From positions 17,548,001 through 17,612,000 of the forward strand of contig NC_087245.1 in the NCBI RefSeq assembly GCF_037042905.1: a stretch of 64,000 bases of DNA, read 5' to 3'. Below are positions 50,978-63,206 of the stretch, in pieces. This DNA comes from Lytechinus pictus. Lineage: Eukaryota. The position numbers and the translations under genes were made by a program. Under the pieces are notes generated by a model that saw nothing but the letters and a program-made list of their open reading frames with translations, was not told the origin of the DNA and searched no databases. Position 1 is the stretch's first letter. Each line of letters starts with the position of its first letter.

Positions 50978-53900
50978 ATGAAAAAAACATCAGTAATCAT
51001 GGTAAGCTCATACTTTCTATTATTATTATTATTACTATTATCATTATTATTATTATCATTATCGCAGATTTCATATCCGTCATGATTTATCATGGACATA
51101 ATTACGGTTTCATGATGTTTACTTTTACTTCTTAGGCCAATTTTCCATTTCATTTCTTGGTCAATAAAAAAAATGAACTAAAATAGTTGCCTGTTATGTA
51201 CATGTTGCACACCTGTATTTGTCCCCTCCCCCCCTCATCCCTCTCTCTATATATATATCTCTCTCTCCCTCCTTGAACAGTTTTGAAAACAAGTCCTTAT
51301 TCTTTTTTAATGTTCGATTTATTTAGGGAAAATTGATTTTGTATTCAGTTACGTCCATCACAATCGTCATGGAATTCTTAATTGATATATCTTTCTGCTT
51401 CTTTCAGTCTGTTGTATGCTCATCACAGAGTTTGCCTATTTTCCTGTTCATTCCAGTGAGTTTCGTTCATGGTGGTAAGTTTGAATTTGATATTTTGACC
51501 CTTTTTTATTTGTATTGATTATCATGATTATAAACAAAACATCTCATAATTACTGTAGACAAAAAGAAAAACAACATAGAAAAAATAACTAAAATAATAA
51601 TCAGATTAACAATATCAATAAGAATATAAAGTGACCCTGTTTGTAATCATACACTTTCTTCTTATAATATTTTTGCGATTTATAAATCGCGGTATAATCT
51701 GTGGAGAGAATGTAATGTTGGATTGTAACATAGCCAATCCTTACTATCTTTTCAACAGTAAAGTAAATTGTGGAGAAAACACTCGGAATGATCACGAATG
51801 TATCACAGATCCCGTGATCCCACTTTAATTTTTTGTAACTTCCAGTTTAGTTCATACTTCAGTACTTTACATATTTAAAAGAAATATTCGGGGAAACGCA
51901 TAAACGATCAAAATTACCGTCTTGTCGATTTTTTTTTTACAATACAGTTGCTGAATTTAAAGAGCTTTGCGACCCAGACCCTTTATCATGTAAGAACATC
52001 ACTCTATCTGGAGGGAGATCGATTCAATTCATTCGAAGATTAGCATCAACATCAAACGATTCTGAACCAGTTCTGGTAAAACTCCCATCTTGGCGCCAAT
52101 TTGTCTGTGTTTTACCGAAAAGAAATGGTGAGTGTATAAAAACAATCTTCTACATATATTTTGGACATGATAGGCCTATGTCCCCTTACATCATAAGATT
52201 TCGCAAAAATATTTTCTAGGCTATTTGGATTACAGTTGCTCATTTCACCTTTCTTTAGATGGGTATTATGACCGGTTCCCTCGAGCCATTTGGCGCATCT
52301 TCCTCCCGGATCTTCCTGTTCCTATAATCATGATAATATGCTAAAGAGATACTGTAACCGGCGTGTGGTCTATCGTGTTTAAGTATTTCTGGAGGAGCCA
52401 CATCTGTTACAGGTGCTCTTCGAATTGTCATTTTTGTGTGACATTGTAGAGTTTTGCTTCTGACCAAATTGCTTTGTTGCACCAAATATGCAAAAGTCTA
52501 TACATGTTATTCATTGGCAGCGGAACGGTTTTGAAAGGGGGAGGGGCTGAACATACACAAAATCGCAATCATGGTCATTTTTGCGTTTTTGTACAAAGTT
52601 TTGGGAAAAGTGGGGCTGAAGCCATGTTAATCTGTAAATGTGGAAGGGTCTGGTTAATTAAAGAATTCATTATTAACTTTTCCCCTTGTTTGTCCTTTAT
52701 TTCGGATCGTGCTTTCCTACTATCTTTTGCAAAGAGCGATTTTGTACGATTCGTATTGACTGCATCCTATGCAGTCTGCTTCCTCTTCTTGAACCATGGA
52801 CCGTGTTTTAAAGTGTTTCGTAAATATCTTATCGAGAATAGTATTTCTATACAATGTGCCTTTACACTATCATCTATAGGCCGGCCAGACCGGATTCGTT
52901 AATGTTTTTGCTCTCTTCCATCATCATGATCATGTGTCCATGTTTCTACTACAAGAAGTTCTGTCCCAACACAATCACCATCCGTAAATAGTTTTTTAAT
53001 TAGCATTATTATATCGTCTTTGTATTATTATGTCAATATCGTAGAGACTCCTACGGATGCATCACCACCACTAGAAACTCTCGATGGAGGAAGTTCGACA
53101 ACTTCGCCAGAAATTTCATCCAGTGGATCAACTGAAGCTTCGTCAGAACAAGCAATGTCAGGCTCAGTAACTACTCCATCAGAACCTACGACCAATGGTA
53201 AAACAAGCCCCCAGCCCCCCTTCTCGGTTCCGTGCCCATAATAATCTGTAATAGCTCCATGGTTAAAGTGATATGGTCTGATAACACTTCCATAATGATT
53301 TTCCTCGTTTGTCCTTTATGGCGGATCATGCATTCCTCCTAACTCTTTTGCAGTTAGGTATCGCGATTTTGCACGATTCTTATTGACCCAATCCTGTGCA
53401 GTCTTCTTCCTTATCTTGAACCATGGATCATGTTTTTCATTGTTCCTTTAATGTCTCATCGAGAATAGTACTGCTATCAATGTTTCTTCTAAACCAGACC
53501 GGTTTTGCTAATGTTTTTGCTCTCTTCCATTCATCTATGATCTTCCATGTTTCTCCTACACGAAGTTCTTTCCCAACACAATCACCATCGGTAATTGGTT
53601 TTTATGTCAATATCGTATAGATACTCCCATGGATGCATCACCACCCCAAGAAACTCCTGGTGGAGGAAGTTCGACAACTTCACCAGAACTTTCTTCCAGT
53701 GGATCAACTGAAGCTTCGTCAGAACAAGCAATGACCCCAATGACAGGCTCTTCAACTACTCCATCAGAACATACGACAGACGATGCAGCGACAACTTTGT
53801 CACACCCTACAACAATTCCTTCTACGGAGGCTTTACCTGAAACCACAACAAAAGGAACTTCAGGTGTGAATTCGTGTAAGATGCTCTATTCAATGGGGCA

Positions 53901-56900
53901 TCAAACAAGTGGTGTCTATGCCATCTCTCCTAGCGGTGTGGGACTGACCGATGTCTACTGCGATATGACCACCGATAGCGGAGGGTGGACAATCTTCCAG
54001 GTACGTTCCGCCAGGTTCTCGGTGTGAAATGAATCTATCCGATGTTTATGTTTTATTAAGGTGGTCAATATTTTTGCTTAATCGCATCTTTTTTTTCCTT
54101 TTTTTTTTTTTTTTTTTTTTTTAAAGAACTTTCGCTCTATCCACCATTTCATTCTGGCCTCTTCATCATGTTAATATAGGCCAAATAAGTAGAATTTTGT
54201 AGACTTCCTCGGTTCGCCCGCTCACAATTTTTCTAAAATATTCCAACGTATCTAAACTCAACCTTCTCTTGCACGCTCACTATTCGATAATTTTTTTCAC
54301 ATATCACATCCTTCACAATAATAATATGCATACAGAAACGTTATGACGGATCTGTGGATTTTTACCGCAATTATAACGAGTATGTTCGTGGATTTGGTGA
54401 CGTCGAGGGCGAATACTGGTTGGGATTAGACCAACTCTACTTACTTGCTAAAGATGGAGTCGAACTCAGAATCGATATGGTTGATTACGATAACAATCCA
54501 TTCTACGCTCATTATGACAGTTTCAGCATTGGAAATACCAACACCAAGTAAGGTTCTTACAATTTTCCTTCGCTATAATTATAGAGAGAGCGTATGGAAA
54601 ACGTTACATTTTGGAAAAGCTGTCAAAATTACGCTTATTAATGAAGTATCATTGTGTAATATCTCTAAAATCTTCTCTATTAGATGACACCACGATATAT
54701 TTTGTTCATGCTTGAGCGCAAAACGACATGTTTTATCAGAGTGACGAGAATGGCTTACGCCATAATGAAGGAAATGGGCAGTCAAATCAAATAATTTGCT
54801 CGAGTTATTAAGATCTTTTCACATACTATTTATTCTTAATTAGTACAGGATAGAAGAGGCATAACCTTGTTTTTACATATATATTATATTTTTTGATGGT
54901 TTCTTGTCAATTTGAGGGTGCTGATTACGAATCTGAATGATGCCACTCGTGTAACCTTGAGCATTTTCCGCAAATTGGCAAAATCCAATATGGCCGCCAA
55001 AATATGCAAATTACCCTTGAAAATCATAAAATTGCCCGCACATTGGCAACAAAATGCATGAAATTGTGTGGCAGGAGTGAAATACTCGCTGAAAAAATAA
55101 TTTTTGATAAAATATCAATTTTCTTGATCATAATGGCCGCCATAGGCCTCTGAATACTCTATTATGTGCAACATGTGAATAGGGAAAACTAATTTCCACA
55201 AAAAATGAGCACTAAACTGCAAGAAATCGTGATCTATGAACGAAGTTCTGTATGCAGATCGTCATTACTAACGAGATATATCATTTATTATATCATGTAT
55301 GGGAACATTTCTGTATTTTGATATTTAAAATAGCCGCCACTGGCCAAAACAGTATTATGTACAATGGCAAAGGGGGCCAAAAAAAATCACAAGAGTGAGC
55401 ACTAAAATGCATATTATTAAGATAAACGAGTGGAATACTGACTAAAAACATAATTGTTAGCGAAATTTATCATTTAATATGCCATGTATGTGATAAATGT
55501 TGTATTTTGATATTCAAAATTGCTGCCTAATACCCTAACCGTATTATGTACAATGAGAAAGAGGACCAAAGAAATTACAAGAGGTGGCACTAAAATGCAT
55601 ATGTATGTGATAAAGTTACGTAATACGTACTGTCTAAAAAAGCCATAATGAATATTCGTAGTACACGTAAATGGAGTAGATCTCCAACGAAATATAGTTT
55701 GTGTTAAATACTGTATTTTGACTTTCAAAATGGCCGCCATAAACATTGACTGTATTATGTATAATGCGAACTGGGAAACTAATATTCACAGGAGTGAGCA
55801 CCATAAATGTACGTTATAGTGATCCATGAGTAAAATATTGCCTGAAAGCATAATTTCTAACAAGATATATCATTCATTCTGCCAGTTAGGTGACAAATAC
55901 TGTATTTTAAAAGTAAAAATGGCTACTACATGCCCTTACGGTATATTATGTACCATGCAAATGGAAAAAAATGATTTCAACAGATTTTGGCTTTGCTTGA
56001 CTAAATGGTGTTGTATGAGTGAAATATTGTCTGAAAACATCATTTATAACAAAATATATCATATATTGTGTAATTTAGGTGATGAATACTGTATTTAAAC
56101 ATTCAAAATGGCCGTCACATGCCATTTTGTGAAAATTATCTGTCCACATTCAAATTGACGATAAGGGCCTATGATGGCTATTTTCAATTTCAAAATGCAG
56201 CATTTTCAACTTAATTACACAAGATATGATATATCTCGGCAGAAACCATGGTTTTAGACAATATTTCACCCTTACATCACAATTATATGCAATATTTATA
56301 GTCAAGCAAAGCCAAATTCTGTCAAAATTATATGTCACCTGTTCCTATGTACATAATTCTTTTAGGACCTATGGCAGCCATTTTGGATTTCAAAGTATAC
56401 ATCATTTATTACCTCCATGACCAATATGTGATGTATGTAGTTAGAAATCATGTTTAAGACAATATTTTTAATCGTAAATAACACTTACATACATTTTATG
56501 ATTCTCACTCTTGTGAAAATTAGTTTGGTTAGGGCTTGTAGCGGCTATTTTGAATGTCAAAATACAGTATTTATCACCTACACGGCAGAAGAAATGCTAT
56601 AATTCCTTCAAAATTATGTTTTCAAATAATATTTTACTCATACAACAGGATTATATGGATTTCATAGTCAAGCAAACCCAAATTCTTACAAAATTAAATG
56701 TCCCCATTTACATTCTAGATAATACTGTTAGGGCCTTTATGGGCCAATTTTGAATTTCACAATACAGCATTTATCTCATGCATGACAAAAGAAATGATAT
56801 GCCTCGCTAGAAAACATGTTTTCAGACAAAATTTTACTCGTAGATCACAATTACATGCATTTTATGTTTCTTACTCTTGTGAAAAATAGTTTCTCCATTT

Positions 56901-58956
56901 GCATTGTACATAATAAATATAGGGCCCATGGCGGCCATTTTGAATGTTAAATTATAGCATTTATCACATACATGGCATAATGAATAATGTCTTTTGTTAA
57001 CAATTATGTTTTTAGTCAGTATTCAACTCGTTTATCTTAATAATATGCATTTTAGTGCTCACTCTTGTGATTTTTTTGGCCCACATTGCCATTGTACATA
57101 ATACTGTTTGGGCCAGTGGCGGCTATTTTAAATATCAAAATACAGCAATTTTCCCATACATGACATAATATATATATCTCGTTAGTAATGGTGATTTGCA
57201 TACTGTACTTCGTTCATATATCACGATTTCTTGCGGTTAAGTGCTCATTTTTGTGAAAATGAGTTTTCCCTATTCATGTTGTACATAATAGAGTTTACAG
57301 AGGCCTATGGCGGCCATTTTGAATATCCAGAAAATAGATATTTTGTCAAAAATTATTTTTTCAGAGAGTATTTCACTCCTGCCACAAAATTTCATGCATT
57401 TATTGCCAATGTGCGGGCAATTTTGTGACTTTCATGGGTAATTCACATATTTTGGCGGCCATATTGGATTTTGCCAATTTGTGGAAAATGCTCAAGGTTA
57501 CACGAGTGACATCGTTCAGATTCGTAATCAGCACCCTCGAATTGACAAGCAACCATCAAAAAATATTGTATATATGAAAAAACAAGGTTTGTCAATTTTC
57601 TATTTGGCCAATCCTGGACTAAATCATGCTTAAAACAGGGGACAATATAAATTTTAAAAATCTATTTTGGGTATTCACATACGTGATTTTGACAGCTTTT
57701 TCAAAATGAAACGTTTATCGTTCATCAAATTTTGATTTTTGTTTATATTGCTTATATAATTCTACATTACACATTACTACCGAACCAACAGCAACGGTAA
57801 TTATCATTTCCCTAATCATCCCCGGGTAATTTGTGCCTTGATTTGAAAAATATAAAAAAAATAGACAAACAAAACACTGAAGAATTGTTTGAAAATGGAC
57901 AAGGAATAACAAAGTTATGACATTATATAGATTTGCATTATTTCGGTGAAACAGTTCTAAACATGTCTTCATGAGTAGACCGATAATATCATATCCCCAC
58001 TTGTTCTTTTGTATTTTTTTACATGAAAGTATGTTTATTCATTTTTTTCTTTAAGAACAAAATATAAAAGGATAGACAATTGATATAATATATGAGATAT
58101 TCATGGCTGCAACTTATTTTATCATGATAAAGATATATCACACACACATGTATGAAAATATGAAATAAATATAATTTCATGTAACAACATAAAAAGGTAA
58201 AGTGGGGAGGTGACATCATCAGCCCACCTACTCAATATTCATGCAACGTTCATATAACTGTTTCACAATATTGCTGAATTTTACTATAGGCAAATATACT
58301 TAGATATAATAATTTTCAACCCGGAGTAACCCTTTATTCTGATGTTGATTACATTTTCAATGTAATGCTTGTTTAAATTTATTTTAAAGTAAATGAATAA
58401 AGATATTAATGAATTAATTGAAACAAAATAGATAAAATATAATGACGTGACAAAAAATTAATGAATTACAAAATAATATTCATGCACGGAGCATTTTTCA
58501 ACTTAGGGGCCCTACGAAAATAAGAAGTAAAAATGAAAGTGCTGATACTTAGATCCTCGGGTGCGATACGTCAGACATATTTTCATTATATTTTCTCTTC
58601 AATCGCAATCTTGAATTTACATGACTGTTTTAAGGTTCTATATAGTCTTAGACTAAATTAAATTTAATGTATGTATTTACTATCTTCAACAAAGCTACCG
58701 AATCGGGTTTTCATCATATACCGGTACTGCAGAAGAAGGGCTAGATGCAGCCAACGGACAAGCCTTCTTAACTTATGACAATGACCATGATGATTGTGCT
58801 TTTCTGTACAGAGGGGCGTGGTGGTATAACGACGTATACTGTGATACCACAGCCAACTTGAATGGGGAACACGGACTCCAATATGGTTTTACAGGGATTT
58901 TTTGGGATTTCCCTAACTCAAAATACATGAGAGCTACAGAAATGAAGTTAAGATGA
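50978..58956 (+). CDS. Secreted fibrinogen C-terminal domain protein with mucin-like stalk, copy D (425 aa model)
   Basis: Exons 50978-51001, 51408-51474, 51948-52127, 53045-53197, 53621-54000, 54336-54547, 58695-58956. Total 1278 nt, open; all exonic indels relative to C are multiples of 3. Confidence 0.85.
54841..57621. mobile_element. Same Academ-like foldback (copy D)
   Basis: AAT-TAGTACAGG...CCTGGACTA-AAT. Confidence 0.8.
58695..58956 (+). CDS. Terminal FReD exon, copy D (not in the ORF track)
   Basis: YRIGFSSYTGTAEEGLDAANGQAFLTYDNDHDDCAFLYRGAWWYNDVYCDTTANLNGEHGLQYGFTGIFWDFPNSKYMRATEMKLR*. Confidence 0.92.
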
Positions 58957-61189
58957 TCGGATTGATCCATGTTGTTGTCATTCCTTTCTACCTAATTTTT
59001 TAAGTTCTTATACATAGTGATTTTAAAGCACAATGTAGTCCAAGTGATTGTGTATATTAGAGAATCACTTGAAAAACAGGAATAAGCAATTTAAACATAT
59101 TTCATGTAATGATCTATATCTATAATGGATTTCATGTCAACATGGTAACACGAACATGGGCCTCATGTTTCGGAGGGGGGGGGGTGGGGTGGGCTGCTCA
59201 CGTATAATGGTAGAACCGGTACGTGGCTCTTAAGACCCCTTTTCACTCATTGACCAACCCGTTCTCCCTCGCTCCTTCATGTCCTAACTAAGCCCTTTAT
59301 TTTATTCGTCAGTTCTCGATGACCACATTTCATTGTAAATTCCACCCGCCCCCCCCCCCCCAAAAAAAAATGCAGAACTTCAGTTCTTAAGAGTATGGCA
59401 TCTGATTTTCTGGCCAAACATCCGTATCCTTTCCAATCCGAGTGGGGGGGGGGGTGCCTCTCACTGAAAAACCAGTCCAGAATGATAGTCCTTTCTCAAG
59501 ATCTTTCAAGACACTGGACCCTGGTTCCTTTCACACCTTAAGGGCGCCACCTATTGCTGTCCTTTACCAGGAAACGAAACAAAACTGTTTATTCATATTT
59601 ATTTATCAAAACCTAATAAACAATCATTATTCGGAGTTGTTAAAACTCATATTAGTGAAAAGTGCGTAAGTTTCAATATTTTACATCAATTCCAGACAAT
59701 AACAGACTGTCATGAAAATTGCATTTTTCTCGTGACAATTTTATTTTCACTTTACAAAATCCCAGCCATGGCGTAATTTCCTTCAGCAAGAAATGTATCC
59801 ACATTGTGCTGCACTCAACCCAGGTGAGGTGAATGGGTACCCGGTAGGAAGAAATTCCTTGAATGCTTGAGCAGCCCAGCTAAAGCCAGGGTAATAATAA
59901 TAGCAGGGCCCGCTGGGAGAACAGTTTTCAGAACTGAAGTGGCTTCCCTGGGTCAATATACCTATATAACTATATTATTATAAAATACGTACCTTTTGAA
60001 TTTATCTTTGATACAACCGATGTAGAAGAGGCTTGGCTATTATAGTATGACGTATAAATTTATATGTCTCTCTCTCACTTACACACCCTCCCTGCATGAT
60101 TTTCTATTATTCATGCCATGTAAGTAGACTTAAGTTTTTGACGAAATACTGTTATGTTTTTGTTTATCTGCTTATATTCCTCAGATTGTATATTTGTTTT
60201 GCATTACCTAGTATTTTTGTTTTGAACAAAATATTGGCGAATGCCAGTGATGCTCTAATAGTAAATTCAGTTCAATTCATGTTAGCAGTAAACAAACATA
60301 CTCCAAGGAAGAACAAAACGAGTTCGGTCTAAAGTCTGTCCTTGGATGAACGGCGAGTTAATTAGTGAGATGAATAGACGAAATAAGTTTCATAAAATGA
60401 TATTAAAGTATAAGTGCTCAGAATATACTGACAATGGACAAAACATCGAGAATTACCGTTTACCCTTTCAAGCCACTTTAAATTTTAATGTGGAAGTGTG
60501 TGGACAATTGTAAAATGTTGATTTAAAACTTGTCAAATTTTGAGGATTTTCACATTTTTGAACTGTCTTACTGTTATACCATATTTTGCCCAATTTCTGG
60601 ATATATTAATGTTTTGATATATATTTCTTCATGTGTTAATTTAATATCCACATTTTGTGATCAAATAAAATTGGAAATATTCGCAATTATCTATTTTCAA
60701 CAAAACTCACTTTCTAGTTTTCCCATGAAACTGGCGGCATCACAGGTCGCCAACAAAGGCTACATTGCACCTGTGTATTCTTTTGTACTTCTTTAGAAAT
60801 CGAAAGGTACATGAATTAATTTGCATTTCGTTGACACTCCATCTTTTTTACCTCCATGGAATTATCGACCAATTTCTCTCCTTAGTTATAATTTTTATCG
60901 AAGATTCAAGAGAGAGCTGTAGTTGCGTAACTATGGGGGGGGGGGCAGAGATAACGGAGAAAAAAGAAGAGAATTGAGGAAGGAAGAAAGAGAGACATTG
61001 TGACAGACATTGTGGGAAATGAAAGAAGGGGAATGTAAATAATATTATTTTGATAATTTGATGAAAAATAATGTGCATAGGGTCTATGTGCTCATCACTC
61101 CTGGTGCTAATATTTACGGAAGCTTAAAAGTGCCACCGAGATGACGAGATAATTCCTCGTCTTCTCGACTTTTTGGGTCCGATAAAGCG

Positions 61190-61862
61190 AGACGGTGAAA
61201 TTCCAAATCTCGTCTTCTCGACTTCTCGGATACGAGAAGATGAGAAAGCGAGATTCCAAATCTCGTCTTCTCGACTTCTCGGGTATGTGAAGATGAGAAA
61301 GCGAGATTCCAAATCTCGTCTTCCCGTCTTCTCGTGTATGTGAAGGTGAGAAAGTGAGATTCCGAATCTTGTCTTCTCGACTTCTCGGGTATGTGAAGGT
61401 GAGAAAGCGAGATTCCAAATCTCGTCTTCCCGTCTTCTCGGGTATGTGAAGGTGAGAAAGCGAGATTCCGAATCTCGTCTTCTCGACTTCTAGGGTATGA
61501 GAAGGTGAGAAAGCGAGATTCTAAATCTCGTCTTCTCGACTTCTCGGGTATGTGAAAATGGGAAAGCGAGATTCCGAATCTCGTCTTCTCGACTTCTAGG
61601 GTATGAGAAGGTGAGAAAGCGAGATTCTAAATCTCGTCTTCTCCACTTCTCGGGTATGTGAAGATGAGAAAGCGAGATTCCGAATCTCGTCTTCTCGACT
61701 TCTAGGGTATGAGAAGGTGAGAAAGCGAGATTCTAAATCTCGTATTCTCGACTTCTCGGGTATGAGAAGATGAGAAAGCGAGATTTCAAATGTCGTCTTC
61801 TCGACTTCTCGGGTATGAGAAGGTGAGAAGGCGAGATTCCAAATCTCGTCTTCTCGACTTTT
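61190..61862. repeat. 53-bp minisatellite, about 12.5 copies
   Basis: Unit GAGATTCCAAATCTCGTCTTCTCGACTTCTCGGGTATGTGAAGGTGAGAAAGC starts at 61250, 61303 ... 61621 ... 61833. Confidence 0.97.
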
Positions 61863-61965
61863 TCGGTATTAAAATGTACGGAAGCTTGAGAGTGCCACAA
61901 TGGTAGTCTGTCGTCATCCTGAGCCATTGTTTGTCTATATATAGGCACAGAACACGGGTTAAAGC

Positions 61966-62153
61966 CCGATAGACCGCGGGTCCGATAGACCGCGGGTCCG
62001 ATAGTCCGCGGGTCTGATAGACCGCGGGTCCGATAGACCGTGGGTCCGATAGTCCGCGGGTCCGATAGACCGCGGTTCGATAGACTGCGGGTCCAATAGA
62101 CCGCGGGTCCGATAGTCCGCGGGTCCGATAGACCGCGGGTCCGATAGTGCGCG
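61966..62153. repeat. 16-bp minisatellite (CCGATAGACCGCGGGT)n, about 11.5 copies
   Basis: Seen directly in the sequence. Confidence 0.97.
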
Positions 62154-62228
62154 GTGTGTGTAAAATTATGATCAGGATATAGTGAGATCCAATTAAGAGG
62201 TCAAAAGGCCAATGATACGAGTCCATGG

Positions 62229-63206
62229 GGTTCTATAACGATGACCCTAAGGACAATCTACTTCAAGGAAAATATTATCCCCATATTTTTATCGTCAGGG
62301 ACTGCTACCCACCCCCCCCCCCCCCGGAAATTTACCCTCTATAGACGCCATACGGAGCCTCTAAAATGCCATCGACTAGACGACATGGCTAGATACTTTA
62401 TCTTGCCATGTCGACTAAATAAGCTTATTATGTCCGCATGGCGCGATACGTTATTCTGCCACTTATAAAAAGTTATATGTCAACATGGCGAGATATTTTA
62501 TCTTGCCAAGTCGACTTAAATAAGTTACATGTCAACATAGCGATATATCGGGATTCTCGCCGGGACTTGTACACTTCATATCTCGCCATGTGGACATATC
62601 GACTTGACAAGATAGAATATACCGCTATGTCGAAATAATAAGCGTATTAATTACTTAGGCGGCGGAAGCGGTGGGGGGGGGGGACCTTTCCCCCCTAAAT
62701 TTGAGGTGAGGGACGATCCCCCCTAGATTTTTAGTTGAGAACCTTTTTTTGCTTGTCAATTTGTTTTCTACGTCCCCTCCCCCCCCCCTACATTGAGGTG
62801 GACCCCCCTAAAATCTTTTTGCCCCCCCCCCCTAATTTTGGTTGATAACCTTTTTTTTCTTGTCAAAAAATGTTGGTGGTCCTTCTTATAAATTTTGGTT
62901 GATTTGCTTGTCAAATTTGTTATCTGTGTCCATCCCAAAATTTCAGGTGGACCCCCCTAAATTGTTTTGCCTTCCGCCGCCAATGATTGATTAAGACATG
63001 GCAAGATAAAGTACCACGCCATGTCGTCACGTTGATGGCATTTTCAAGGATCCGTACTAGGGGTAATTATCCGGGGTAATTGTCTGGAGGGTAAATTTCC
63101 GGGGGGGGGGGTATCAGTCCCCGGCGGTAAAAATATAAGGATAATATTTTCCTTGAAGTAGTTGTCAGGGGTTGATTGCCCTAATTGGGTTATTGTTATA
63201 GAACTC
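62229..63206. mobile_element. Nest of three inverted-repeat elements
   Basis: Outer: GTTCTATAAC...CTACTTCAAGGAAAATATTATCC, mirrored at about 63086-63206. Middle: TACGGAGCC...GGATCCGTA (62351-63056). Inner: GGCGGCGGAAG...CTTCCGCCGCC (about 62657-62985). Confidence 0.75.

Larger units (their letters stand above)
3900..61112 (+). repeat. Tandem segmental duplication array, about 3.5 units of 15-18 kb, each carrying one FReD gene
   Basis: The same 212-nt FReD exon starts at 4784, 21053, 39131 and 54336. Introns and spacers align at high identity by eye. Homology begins near 3900 (TATTACCCGGCTAAGCTAGG, matching about 38248) and ends near 61112 (CTCCTGGTGCTAATATT, matching about 12821). Confidence 0.97.

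Noticed and set aside
61190..61862. CRISPR-like array (regular repeats with an internal hairpin)
   Set aside because: Units are contiguous and near-identical, with no unique spacers, no cas genes and a eukaryotic context. It is a minisatellite.
61107..62226. Minus-strand repetitive ORFs
   Set aside because: Translations of the 53-bp and 16-bp minisatellites.
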